Virus record (IMG/VR): IMGVR_UViG_3300027693_000016
Coordinates: 1 to 28,247 of that record
Reading direction: 5' to 3' (one strand)
DNA: 28,247 bases
Origin: a virus
Lineage: Duplodnaviria; Caudoviricetes
Below are positions 6,140-15,653 of this stretch, piece by piece. Below the pieces are notes generated by a model. The model saw nothing but the letters and a program-made list of their open reading frames with translations, did no database searches and had not been told where the DNA came from. The number at the start of each line of letters is the position of its first letter. Within the stretch, counting starts at the first letter, position 1. A program made the position numbers and the translations under genes.

Positions 6140-8413
6140 ATGGCAAAACTTACATTAAATGCAATAGGGAGTCGATACGGATCAATTGATGCGCTGAATG
6201 ACAATTCAGACCTCGTTGAAACGGCATTTGAAAACACCCTAAGTCGGGATGGCACAGGCCCGAACAACATGGAGTCCGACTTGGACATGGATAGCAACGA
6301 CATCATCAACGTTGCAAACCTTTCTGTAGCTAGTTTACGTGTCAATGGTCAGCCAGTGTCACCCGGTTCCATTAACTACACTGGTCAAGTTAAAGAAACC
6401 CAGACAGCTACAAGTGGGCAGACAGTGTTTAACCTTTCAACTGTTAGCTACGCCCCTCTTACTAATAATTTGAGTGTTTATGTAGATGGTGTATATCAAA
6501 ATCCCACTACGTATACAGAAAACAACAGCACACGCATTACATTTGATGCCGGTGTACACATTGGTGCAGTGGTTGATTTTGTTGTTCTCAGCTTAACAGA
6601 CTTGCCCGGAACTACAGATGCTAGTAATGTTACCTACACTCCCGCAGGGAGTGGTGCAGTTACAACAACAGTTGAAACCAAACTCCGCGAAACCGTTAGC
6701 GTCAAAGACTTTGGCGCTGTGGGTAACGGGACAGCGGATGACACGGCAGCGATTCAGAACGCAATCAACGCAGCAGCATCTCAAAACAAAAGCCTGTCCT
6801 TTAACGGCCTAATGTGCAAAATTACATCCACTGTGACAATCCCGTCAAACTTGAGCATTGTTGAAACAGCGAATGGCGGCGTGATTCATGGCGCAGGTGC
6901 TTTGTTCACAATGTTTAGCGGAACCAGTGTATCCAATGTTCACATCGAGGGCATGGTATTCGACGGGAACGGTGCCAACGTAACCGCATCGGGCAACATC
7001 TACGCTCGTTCCCCTGTAATCTCGACTGGTGGAACGGTTTCAAACATTGCAGTGTTGGGCTGTACTGTGCATGATTGCAAAGGTCGCGGCATTGCAATTG
7101 CTGGCAATTCCTCTAGCGATAGTAAAAATGTCAGAGTGGAAAATAACCGCATCTACGACATGAGTTCAACGTGCATCCAATGCACCGACATGAGCGATGT
7201 GTCCATCATTGGCAACAACCTTGAAAATTGTGTTGGGGCAGGCATCGGGATCACGGCGTCAGCAAAGATTTGTAGCAACACCATTGTTTCTGAAAACATT
7301 GTAAAAACCGTTGCAAACGACATAGCGAACATCGCGTCTGGTCTTGGCATCACTTACTTTGCTATTTCAGGCTACAGAGTTGAAAACAACGTAGTCTCAA
7401 ATAACGTCGTGAGTGGTTGTGAATCTATGGCGTACTCACTGACCGCTGGCAGCGGCGGTGTCGATGTTCCTGTAAACATGGTTGTCACAGGTAACGTGGC
7501 TGAGAACACTACCGCTGTCGGGAACGGGTCTGGTTATTCCTACGAAACGACTGGATCAAACATCAGCGTTGTGGGAAATATCTCACGAAATGCAGCAAAG
7601 GTTCATATTGCTATAGGCGGCGGCAGTCGTTTGTCGATCATGAACAACCATTTGGAGTCCATAAACTCAGACACGTTGTTAAGCGGCATCAGTGTTGTTG
7701 ATGCGGGGCTTCCATCAAGCTCCACAATGGACACAATCTCCATCACGGGGAATGTGATCGTCAACAAAACCGGCGTAGCGGCAACAACACGGTGTGAGGC
7801 TATTTACATCGTCAACATCACCGGCTCGACAATTCACAAGAACATCTCGATTCAGAACAACATCATTACTGGCGACTGGCGCATTGGTGTTTACAAGGCG
7901 TGCAGCTCGTCTTCAAATGGGGATATTTCTGGAAATAAGATTACTCTTTCCGATGTTACAAACTTGGGCACTGGTATTCAGGCGTACGGCAACACGCTGA
8001 CTATTCAAGACAATGTAATTTCACCAAAAAGTACAGGCATCGGGCTTAATTTTCTTTCTGCTGGAAGCAGTTCAATTGTTGGCATTCTTAACAATTCAAT
8101 TTACATTGCCAACATTGCAGGCACGGGCATCAATTTTGCTGTCTCGGGTGTATCTACAATCGCCAACGTGCGGATTGGCGGGAACATTGTTGCCACATCA
8201 AGTTTGCCAGTGACAGGCCGATTGATCGTCAACACATTGATCGATTTCAACAACAACTCTTGGAACTATGGCGGCGCTGTTGCCCCGTCAACCGGCGATT
8301 GGACACAAGGCAGTACAGTGTTCAATCGTTTGCCAGCCGTAGGCTCCCCTAAAGCATGGACATGCACCGTATCGGGAACTCCCGGAACGTGGGTAAGTCA
8401 AGGTAATTTGTAA
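6140..8413 (+). CDS. tailspike/tail fibre 1: N-terminal virion anchor plus pectate-lyase-like beta-helix
   Basis: Start reassigned to the ATG at 6140 (MAKLTL, AGGA RBS). Anchor-like LSRDGTGPNNMESDLDMDSNDIIN, then VSVKDFGAVGNGTADDTAAIQ, many I/V-x-G/N-N repeats, and a C-terminal WTCTVSGTPGTW module. Confidence 0.88.
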   Translation: MAKLTLNAIGSRYGSIDALNDNSDLVETAFENTLSRDGTGPNNMESDLDMDSNDIINVANLSVASLRVNGQPVSPGSINYTGQVKETQTATSGQTVFNLSTVSYAPLTNNLSVYVDGVYQNPTTYTENNSTRITFDAGVHIGAVVDFVVLSLTDLPGTTDASNVTYTPAGSGAVTTTVETKLRETVSVKDFGAVGNGTADDTAAIQNAINAAASQNKSLSFNGLMCKITSTVTIPSNLSIVETANGGVIHGAGALFTMFSGTSVSNVHIEGMVFDGNGANVTASGNIYARSPVISTGGTVSNIAVLGCTVHDCKGRGIAIAGNSSSDSKNVRVENNRIYDMSSTCIQCTDMSDVSIIGNNLENCVGAGIGITASAKICSNTIVSENIVKTVANDIANIASGLGITYFAISGYRVENNVVSNNVVSGCESMAYSLTAGSGGVDVPVNMVVTGNVAENTTAVGNGSGYSYETTGSNISVVGNISRNAAKVHIAIGGGSRLSIMNNHLESINSDTLLSGISVVDAGLPSSSTMDTISITGNVIVNKTGVAATTRCEAIYIVNITGSTIHKNISIQNNIITGDWRIGVYKACSSSSNGDISGNKITLSDVTNLGTGIQAYGNTLTIQDNVISPKSTGIGLNFLSAGSSSIVGILNNSIYIANIAGTGINFAVSGVSTIANVRIGGNIVATSSLPVTGRLIVNTLIDFNNNSWNYGGAVAPSTGDWTQGSTVFNRLPAVGSPKAWTCTVSGTPGTWVSQGNL

Positions 8414-8466
8414 ATACAATATAATTAAAATATGCTAATTAATAACAGCATAAACTGGAGAAGTAG

Positions 8467-9693
8467 ATGATTACGCCATCGTTTGCGCTGACTGCAACTG
8501 AAAGGGTGCTTCCAAGACTTGCGTTGGATTTCACCACAGGTAGCCTTGATCCTCGGGTTACGTTTACCCGCGCAAGCACCGCCACGTTTTACAACGCTTC
8601 TGGGGTGCTTTCGACTGCCGCCATTAACGCACCAAGGTTTGACTACAACCCTGTGACGTTGGCTCCGATGGGTTTGCTCATTGAGGAACAACGGACAAAC
8701 TTGGTTTTGCGATCGGAACAGTTTGAAAACGCTTCTTGGGTAAGTTTGGTAACAACTGTCACTGCGAATGCAACAACCGCCCCTGACGGTACATTGACTG
8801 GTGATATATTAGTGCCTAACATGGTATCGACAGGCCATGCCACCTATCAAGACATTATCGTTTCTTCAGGTGTTGCGTATGCACACACGGTCTACGCAAA
8901 AGCTGCTGGATATTCGTGGCTTGCTATGCGGCCAAGTTCTGGGACAGCCCCTTTTGCTTATTTTAATTTAACCGCAGGAACCATCGGTACTGTTGGTGCT
9001 GGTTTAACAGCCTCCATCACTCCTGTTGGAAACGGCTGGTATCGTTGCACGGTTATTTTTACGATGGGGTCAGCAACAAACCGATTCCATCTTTACCCGG
9101 CACAGCAAAATGGCGATATCGTTTTTGCTGGTGATGGCACAAGTGGTATCTATGTTTGGGGCGCTCAACTCGAAGCCGGAGCATTTGCCACCAGCTACAT
9201 CCCCACAACCACCACAGCCCTGACCCGCAATGCTGATGTTGCCTCAATGACGGGGACGAACTTCAGTAGTTGGTATAACCAGACGCAAGGCACTTTGCTT
9301 TCCGATGTCATGCTTACTCAAGTGGGTACGACATTTGCGTACACTGTCAGCGACAACACTGTGAATAATCAAATATATCACCGGGAACTTGTGTCTGGTG
9401 GTGATTGTGCGGTAGTCACAAGCAACTTCACGCAGGCGTACCTCACAAAAGCCTACACACCGGCAGTTGGTTCAATATACCAAGCAGCCATAGGCTATGC
9501 TGCAAATAACATTGGGTTCACCGTTAACGCTGCTTCAGTGGTCACCGATACTTCAGCAACCATTCCAACACTGGATCGCCTCTATTTGGGGGCTTCTTTC
9601 AATGGCGCTGCTCAAAGATCAATATATCTTCGTTCATTCTATTATTGGCCTCAACGGTTGACCAATGCAGAACTGCAAGCATTTACATCATAA
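8467..9693 (+). CDS. virion spike/fibre protein (head-spike-fibre-like, carbohydrate-binding/LamG-like folds)
   Basis: FTRASTAT...PRFDYNP...GLLIEEQRTNL and WGAQLEAGAFATSYIPTT motifs, typical of phage fibre/spike proteins. GGAG RBS. Confidence 0.75.
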   Translation: MITPSFALTATERVLPRLALDFTTGSLDPRVTFTRASTATFYNASGVLSTAAINAPRFDYNPVTLAPMGLLIEEQRTNLVLRSEQFENASWVSLVTTVTANATTAPDGTLTGDILVPNMVSTGHATYQDIIVSSGVAYAHTVYAKAAGYSWLAMRPSSGTAPFAYFNLTAGTIGTVGAGLTASITPVGNGWYRCTVIFTMGSATNRFHLYPAQQNGDIVFAGDGTSGIYVWGAQLEAGAFATSYIPTTTTALTRNADVASMTGTNFSSWYNQTQGTLLSDVMLTQVGTTFAYTVSDNTVNNQIYHRELVSGGDCAVVTSNFTQAYLTKAYTPAVGSIYQAAIGYAANNIGFTVNAASVVTDTSATIPTLDRLYLGASFNGAAQRSIYLRSFYYWPQRLTNAELQAFTS

Positions 9694-9702
9694 GGACACA
9701 AA

Positions 9703-11283
9703 ATGAGCCTGACAAAAGTAACATTTTCAATGTTGGCCGACGCGCCAATCAATCTTAAAGATTTTGGTGCGGTTGGTGACGGTGTAGCAGATGACACTTC
9801 TGCGCTTACAGCATTTTTTGCGGCCTCTACCGGAAAGATTTGTTTTCTTCCGGCAGGCACATATCGCACAACTTCTTTGATTACCACTGCGCTAACAAAT
9901 TGCAAGTTTGTCGGCGTCCCCGGTCAAACAACTATTGTTGGCGCTTTTGGTTACGCTGTTTTGAGACTGCTTGATTTGGACAGCGTGGTTTTTGAAGACA
10001 TTGCATTCCAAACTAACTATGTCAATGCGGTAGAAGACCAATCGTTCAGCGTTGTTTACATCAGGCAAGCAAACGCTAAAAATGTGACTTTTAACAGATG
10101 TAGGTTTTCCTCGCCAGATGCCAATACAACCGGCTTGACTTTCTATATCAACACCCTATCAACCGATACATACACCTGTTCCGGCCTTCGAATCATTGAT
10201 TGTGATTTCAAGGATGTTGGACGTATTGGCTGCACACTAATGAACCGCAGCACACAAACCGGAAACTATGGAATGTTTACGGACACGGTGTTTTCATACA
10301 ACCGTGGAACTGACATGGGCTTATCCGGAAGCTATGGATTTTTGATTTCCCTTGATGGTTACGGCGAGGGGTTTGAAATTTCGCACAACACAGTAGATGG
10401 ATATTTGGACATCGGTATTGAAAACACGGGATGGGTTGACGGGGACATTTCGTTCAATACTTTTACCAATGCTGGCCCTCTTACATCACCGTTTACGTCT
10501 AGCGATAGACCAATGACAAATGTTGTGTGGGAAGGAAATAGAACAATTACTCCCGCCACCCGCCACGTTTCTTTGGTCAACATTTCCCGATGCACAATTC
10601 GAGATAACTATGTTGAAATAAATGGTTCTGACGCAACAGTGGCTCAAGCACTTTTATTGCGTGGCGCAACAAACAACAATTTCAACATGAATACGTGGAA
10701 AAACGTATCTACTGTTGCGGCGAGTGGGCGATACGCTGCGTCAATCGAAGGCGTTACAGCACTTCCGATTACGGACAACATTTTCACCGATGATGTGTTT
10801 GACAACTCGTCAAGTCCCGGCAACTTTTCTGCTGTTCGGTTGGTTGCTACCGCAACCGATGTGCAAAATAATTTGTTCATCCGACCAAACATCATCAAAG
10901 GTACTGGCGGCAACATCATTGATGAAGTAAGTGTTGCTGGAACTTCTGCAAATAATTTGTGCTCTGATTTGCGGACTGCGTTGTTGTCTGCCATTGGTAG
11001 CAATGATTACGTTTCCGTAACACCGGCTACTGACGCCGATGTCACGTTAAGCGTGTACCAGTACTCGTCAAAAATAATTCGGATAAACACGGGCGCGTTA
11101 ACTACAAACCGAAACGTAATTATGCCAACAGCAATTATTACGCCAGTTACGATTGTGAACGCTTCGCTGTACACGGTAACAGTAAAAACATCTGCTGGTA
11201 CTGGCGTCAGTATTGCTACTGGAAAAACCGCAATCGTTGCGTCCAACGGAACCAACATCACCAGATTGACCGCAGATGCGTGA
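9703..11283 (+). CDS. tailspike 2, pectate-lyase-like beta-helix (putative depolymerase)
   Basis: MSLTKVTFSM...NLKDFGAVGDGVADDTSAL...FLPAGTY followed by beta-helix repeats. TAAGGA RBS. Confidence 0.85.
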   Translation: MSLTKVTFSMLADAPINLKDFGAVGDGVADDTSALTAFFAASTGKICFLPAGTYRTTSLITTALTNCKFVGVPGQTTIVGAFGYAVLRLLDLDSVVFEDIAFQTNYVNAVEDQSFSVVYIRQANAKNVTFNRCRFSSPDANTTGLTFYINTLSTDTYTCSGLRIIDCDFKDVGRIGCTLMNRSTQTGNYGMFTDTVFSYNRGTDMGLSGSYGFLISLDGYGEGFEISHNTVDGYLDIGIENTGWVDGDISFNTFTNAGPLTSPFTSSDRPMTNVVWEGNRTITPATRHVSLVNISRCTIRDNYVEINGSDATVAQALLLRGATNNNFNMNTWKNVSTVAASGRYAASIEGVTALPITDNIFTDDVFDNSSSPGNFSAVRLVATATDVQNNLFIRPNIIKGTGGNIIDEVSVAGTSANNLCSDLRTALLSAIGSNDYVSVTPATDADVTLSVYQYSSKIIRINTGALTTNRNVIMPTAIITPVTIVNASLYTVTVKTSAGTGVSIATGKTAIVASNGTNITRLTADA

Positions 11284-11337
11284 TTACACACTTGACATTC
11301 ACCTTAAATTTCCCAATTAATTTGCTAAAGGTATATT

Positions 11338-11760
11338 ATGGCTACAATTACTGATTTAGAAAAACAATTTTACGAGTTGTACATTGCAACTCCTCCTGCT
11401 GCTATTAATGATTTAAAGTACGCATTCTTTTTAGCAATGCTAGCAGGGGGTGCTTCTTTTACACCTACCATTGTAACTGAAGCAGGTACTACTAGAACTT
11501 TGTCTGCTGCTGATGGTGGAACAATTATTTATTGCACTAGCGGTAGTCCTGTAACAATCACCACTGCTGCGGGTTTAGGTGCTGGTTTTAACTGCACAAT
11601 TATTCAAGGTGGTGCAGGTAAAGTTACAGTTGCACAGGGTTCTAGTACTACTTTAGTATCTTACTCTGGCCTACTATCTACTATGGGACAATATGCTGTT
11701 ATTAGTTTAGTTACACCTGTAGCTAACACATTTATTGCTGCTGGTAACTTAGGCGTGTAA
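11338..11760 (+). CDS. hypothetical, probably virion structural protein (140 aa)
   Basis: AAAGG RBS; Thr/Gly/Ala-rich beta-type C-terminal domain. Confidence 0.7.
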   Translation: MATITDLEKQFYELYIATPPAAINDLKYAFFLAMLAGGASFTPTIVTEAGTTRTLSAADGGTIIYCTSGSPVTITTAAGLGAGFNCTIIQGGAGKVTVAQGSSTTLVSYSGLLSTMGQYAVISLVTPVANTFIAAGNLGV

Positions 11761-11762
11761 TT

Positions 11763-11984
11763 ATGTCTGAGGTAAGCCATAACGAAATATATGAGCGCCT
11801 TATTGCTGTAGAAAGCAAAGTTGATAAGGTTGCACAAGACACTAAAGACGTAGTAGATGCTTTTCATGCAGCGCAAGGGGCGTTCATTGTTTTGGATTGG
11901 CTTTCTAAGATAGCTAAACCTTTGTTGTTTATTAGCGGCTTACTAGCTGCATTAGCAACAGTTTGGTCAAACCACAAGGTGTAA
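11763..11984 (+). CDS. small membrane protein (coiled coil plus C-terminal TM), possible holin/antiholin
   Basis: Hydrophobic PLLFISGLLAALATVW segment; lies just upstream of the holin and endolysin. Confidence 0.6.
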   Translation: MSEVSHNEIYERLIAVESKVDKVAQDTKDVVDAFHAAQGAFIVLDWLSKIAKPLLFISGLLAALATVWSNHKV

Positions 11985-11985
11985 T

Positions 11986-12354
11986 ATGTTACTAGAAACA
12001 ATTGTAGGTGCGTTAGTTCCTATTGGTGTAGAAGGTATTAAACAAGCCATTGGTAAATGGACAGGTGGTGTTAAAGCAGTAACTGTAGACGACCAGATTA
12101 AACTAGATGAAGCAGAAGTGCGGCGGCTAGAAGCTGTTGCAAAACTGGACACTCCCATTGGTCAACCTAGTCAGTGGGTTGTGGACTTACGAGCTTCAGC
12201 ACGTTACTTAGGTTCGTTACTAGTAATAGGTGTTGGTGTATCTACACTATACATTCCAGTGGACATAACTATACAATCTTTAGCATTAGAAGCAGCTAAC
12301 ATTGCTTTTGGCTTTTTATTCGGAAGTCGAATAATTGCGGGATTTAAACGATGA
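11986..12354 (+). CDS. putative holin (3-TM type)
   Basis: Three hydrophobic segments, a GFLFGSR motif and a basic C-terminus. ATGA overlap with the endolysin. Confidence 0.7.
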   Translation: MLLETIVGALVPIGVEGIKQAIGKWTGGVKAVTVDDQIKLDEAEVRRLEAVAKLDTPIGQPSQWVVDLRASARYLGSLLVIGVGVSTLYIPVDITIQSLALEAANIAFGFLFGSRIIAGFKR

Positions 12355-12719
12355 CATTTAAACTATCTCAACGTTCGTTAGACCGTTTAAATGGTGTAGA
12401 TAGTGATTTAGTTGCAGTAGTTAAACGTGCAATTGAACTCACTGAAGTTGACTTTGGTGTTACAGAAGGTATTCGTACCCTTGACCGTCAACGTGTGTTG
12501 TTTAACGAAGGTAAGTCACAGACAATGAAGAGTAAACATCTTATTGGTAGAGCAGTAGATGTTGTAGCGTATGTAGACAATAAAGTGAGTTGGGACAAAG
12601 AACATTATGTCACAATCTCGAAAGCATTTAAACAAGCAGCAAAAGAACTTCAAGTGTCTATCCGTTGGGGTGGAGATTTTAAGAGTTTTTTTGATGGCCC
12701 TCACTATGAACTCATTTAA
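12351..12719 (+). CDS. endolysin, L-Ala-D-Glu peptidase (M15 family)
   Basis: [29 protein letters not shown] (SxHxxGxAxD), WGGDF and DGPHYEL motifs. Confidence 0.92.
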   Translation: MTFKLSQRSLDRLNGVDSDLVAVVKRAIELTEVDFGVTEGIRTLDRQRVLFNEGKSQTMKSKHLIGRAVDVVAYVDNKVSWDKEHYVTISKAFKQAAKELQVSIRWGGDFKSFFDGPHYELI

Positions 12720-12727
12720 GGAATTAT

Positions 12728-12895
12728 ATGCCAATGAAAGAAGGTAAAAGCAAGTCAACTATTTCTAAAAACATTAAAAAAGAAATGGATAGTGGCAAGC
12801 CACAGAAACAAGCAGTGGCAATTGCTATGTCTAAAGCAGGTAAAAGCTTACCTAAACGTGGTGAGCGTACAGCTAAGAACAAAGCTAAAAAATGA
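12728..12895 (+). CDS. small basic protein (55 aa)
   Basis: Below the ORF cutoff. [55 protein letters not shown], with a TAAGGA RBS and an ATGA overlap with the next gene. Confidence 0.8.
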   Translation: MPMKEGKSKSTISKNIKKEMDSGKPQKQAVAIAMSKAGKSLPKRGERTAKNKAKK

Positions 12896-13158
12896 AACTA
12901 GCTTACATAGTTTGGGAAGATGCTTCAGAACTTGACGTTACAGCTTGGGCTGTACACGAAGAAGAATTTAGTTATGTACCAGTGTTATGTAAGCAAGTAG
13001 GTTGGGTTATTTATGATGGCCCTGAAGGTATTATTCTTACGCAAGCAGTTACTAGTAATGGTGAAGTGGCTAGGCGTAATCAAATACCTAAACACATGAT
13101 TAGGAGTATAGAATGGTTGACCGAACCAAGTTTCTTGACGGAAGTGGTAAGCGAGTAA
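12892..13158 (+). CDS. hypothetical phage protein (88 aa)
   Basis: Coupled to the upstream ORF; YIVWEDA motif. Confidence 0.75.
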   Translation: MKLAYIVWEDASELDVTAWAVHEEEFSYVPVLCKQVGWVIYDGPEGIILTQAVTSNGEVARRNQIPKHMIRSIEWLTEPSFLTEVVSE

Positions 13159-13592
13159 TATTACAACTCTTCAAAGAGTTTGCTCGTCCAGATGTAAAGT
13201 TTAAACCACTCTATACCCTACAAGAGTGGAAAGATGTTTTTTTAGATTGCCGTGATCCTTCTGAATATCAACCTGCACAATTGTTGTTAGGTGATTGGGA
13301 GCACTGGCTAGAAGTGCGTAACCATGTCTTAATTAAACCACACGTAGATAAGTGGCAAGCTGAGCTAGAAGTTAAACTACGGTCTGAAGCTATCCAGCAA
13401 ATTAAGAGTCACGCTAAACAACCCGGTGGCACTGCTGCTGCCAAATGGTTGGCTGATAAAGGATATGCCGAGGAAGGGGTCAAAAAGCCTCTAGGACGGC
13501 CTAAAAAGGAAGAGGTGGCACTACCCCCTATCCCTAGTCGTATTGCAGGGGATATGGCTCGTTTAGGAATTGTAATTGGAGGTAAACGATAA
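13113..13592 (+). CDS. putative terminase small subunit
   Basis: AGGAG RBS; size and position upstream of TerL; helical with AAAKWLA and GRPKK motifs. Confidence 0.6.
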   Translation: MVDRTKFLDGSGKRVILQLFKEFARPDVKFKPLYTLQEWKDVFLDCRDPSEYQPAQLLLGDWEHWLEVRNHVLIKPHVDKWQAELEVKLRSEAIQQIKSHAKQPGGTAAAKWLADKGYAEEGVKKPLGRPKKEEVALPPIPSRIAGDMARLGIVIGGKR

Positions 13593-13861
13593 TGCCGTTT
13601 ATGACAAATGGAAAACGTGATTATAAAAAACAGTATGAAAAGTACGATGGCAAAGATAGTGTAAAGAAAGACCGAGCTAAACGCAATGGTGCTCGCCGTC
13701 AAATGGAAGCTGAAGGCCGTGTATCTAAAGGAGATGGCAAAGATGTTGACCATAAAAAACCACTTAGTAAAGGTGGTGGTAATGGCAAGTCTAATTTACG
13801 TGTTACTAGTAAAAGTTCCAACCGTAGCTTTGCACGTAAAAAGAATGGAGCAATGAAATAA
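13592..13861 (+). CDS. HNH endonuclease-like protein
   Basis: DVDHKKPLSKGG...SNLRVTSKSSNRS motif; located next to the terminase genes. Confidence 0.85.
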   Translation: MPFMTNGKRDYKKQYEKYDGKDSVKKDRAKRNGARRQMEAEGRVSKGDGKDVDHKKPLSKGGGNGKSNLRVTSKSSNRSFARKKNGAMK

Positions 13862-14121
13862 TGGAAAAAGATAGTCGTTTAAAAAATGCTGGTGTATCTG
13901 GGTATAATAAACCTAAGCGTACTCCTAGTCATCCAACTAAAAGCCATGTTGTTGTTGCTAAAGAAGGTGACAAAGTTAAAACTATTCGGTTTGGACAACA
14001 AGGTGTTAGTGGAGATAAAGAACCCACTGCACGACAAAAAAGTTTTAAAGCTCGACATGCGTCAAACATTGCCAAAGGTAAGATGAGTGCTGCATATTGG
14101 GCAGATAAGGTTAAATGGTAA
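13861..14121 (+). CDS. small basic conserved phage protein (86 aa)
   Basis: TAATG coupling on both sides; IRFGQQG...SFKARH...AYWA motif. Confidence 0.8.
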   Translation: MEKDSRLKNAGVSGYNKPKRTPSHPTKSHVVVAKEGDKVKTIRFGQQGVSGDKEPTARQKSFKARHASNIAKGKMSAAYWADKVKW

Positions 14122-15644
14122 TGACTGAAAAAGAACTAGTAAAACAAGCGGCAGAGGCAGACTTACTCACGTTTATTCGACTAGTTGCGCCACATCGTGT
14201 GTTGGGTGCAGTGCATGAAGAATTATGTGCTTGGTGGCAACGTCAAGACGCTAAAGACAACCAGTTGGTGTTACTACCTCGTGACCACCAGAAGAGTGCA
14301 ATGATTGCCTATCGTGTGGCACACCACATTACAAAGCATCCAGAAGCCACTGTGTTGTATGTATCTGCTACAGCTAACTTAGCTGAAAAGCAGTTAAAAG
14401 CTGTTAAAGATATTCTTTTATCTGACATTTATCGTTTCTACTGGCCTGAAATGGTTAACGATATGGAAGGTAAACGTGAACGTTGGGCTGCTGATGAGAT
14501 TAGCGTAGATCACCCTAAGCGTAGAGCAGAGGGTATTCGTGATGCCACCATTAAGGCCGCAGGTATTACAGCTAACGTTACGGGGCTACATTGCTCTGTA
14601 GCTGTGCTTGATGACGTTGTAGTTCCTGACAATGCCTATTCACAAATAGGTCGTGACCAAGTAAGGGCATTTTATTCTCAACTATCATCCATTGAATCTA
14701 CAGGTGCTAAAGAGTGGGCTGTAGGTACTCGTTACCATCCCGGTGATTTGTACAAAGATATGATGGAAATGACTGAATCCTACTTTGATGAAGATAAGGA
14801 TGAAGAAGTTGAGCTAGAAGTTTACGAAACATTCGAGCGTGTTGTAGAAACGAATGGTGAGTTTTTGTGGCCGAAGCAGCGCCGTACAGATGGTAAAACA
14901 TTTGGATTTGACCAAAGAGAGTTAGCCCGTAAGAAAGCAAAGTATTTGGACATTACTCAGTTCTATGCCCAATACTACAATAACCCTAACGCAGTTGAAA
15001 CACAACTAATTGACCGTAATAGGTTTAACTATTACGAAAGGGATAAGATTGAAAACTTTAGCGGTGCTTGGTACTTTGGTGATAAGCTTCTCCACATTTA
15101 TGCAGCAATGGACTTTGCTTACACAGTCACTAACAATTCAGACTATACAGTTATTGCTGTAGTGGGTGTAGACGAAGATAACAACTATTACGTACTAGAT
15201 ATTGATCGGTTTAAAACCAATAAGATTTCTGTGATGTACGATAGGGCTGAGTCAGTGTTTAGGAAGTGGCGATTTAAGAAGATGCGTTGTGAAGTGGTAG
15301 CTGCACAGCGACTCATTGTAAGCCAGTTTAGAGACTATATGCGTAGTCAAAACATTGTCTTTACCATTGATGAATATAACCCACCTAGGACTATGAACAA
15401 AGCAGAACGCATTGCCTCTATCCTAGAACCTCGTTATACCAACAACCAAATCTGGCACTACAAAGGTGGTAACTGTCAGATTCTAGAAGAAGAACTCATT
15501 ATGAACAACCCTGAACATGATGACGTTAAAGACGCTTTAGCCGCTTGTGTAGAGATTTGTAAGTCCCCTGTATCTAGCAGGTCATGGGGTAAGAAATCCA
15601 ACATCATTGCATTCAATTCAAAGTTTGGTGGCGTAGCCTACTAA
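14121..15644 (+). CDS. terL: terminase large subunit
   Basis: Walker A-like PRDHQKS, Walker B VLDD, coupling motif GTRYH, nuclease residues AMDFA, SDYT and HDDVKDAL. The start is probably the ATG at 14121 (TAATG). Confidence 0.93.
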   Translation: MTEKELVKQAAEADLLTFIRLVAPHRVLGAVHEELCAWWQRQDAKDNQLVLLPRDHQKSAMIAYRVAHHITKHPEATVLYVSATANLAEKQLKAVKDILLSDIYRFYWPEMVNDMEGKRERWAADEISVDHPKRRAEGIRDATIKAAGITANVTGLHCSVAVLDDVVVPDNAYSQIGRDQVRAFYSQLSSIESTGAKEWAVGTRYHPGDLYKDMMEMTESYFDEDKDEEVELEVYETFERVVETNGEFLWPKQRRTDGKTFGFDQRELARKKAKYLDITQFYAQYYNNPNAVETQLIDRNRFNYYERDKIENFSGAWYFGDKLLHIYAAMDFAYTVTNNSDYTVIAVVGVDEDNNYYVLDIDRFKTNKISVMYDRAESVFRKWRFKKMRCEVVAAQRLIVSQFRDYMRSQNIVFTIDEYNPPRTMNKAERIASILEPRYTNNQIWHYKGGNCQILEEELIMNNPEHDDVKDALAACVEICKSPVSSRSWGKKSNIIAFNSKFGGVAY

Positions 15645-15653
15645 GAGGACATT

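Noticed and set aside
11292-11321. TTGACA upstream of the 140-aa gene as a sigma70 promoter
   Set aside because: No convincing -10 hexamer at 16-18 nt spacing.
11338-13158. Spanin genes in the lysis cluster
   Set aside because: I could not find a lipobox-bearing ORF or a clear i-spanin; they may lie outside the window.
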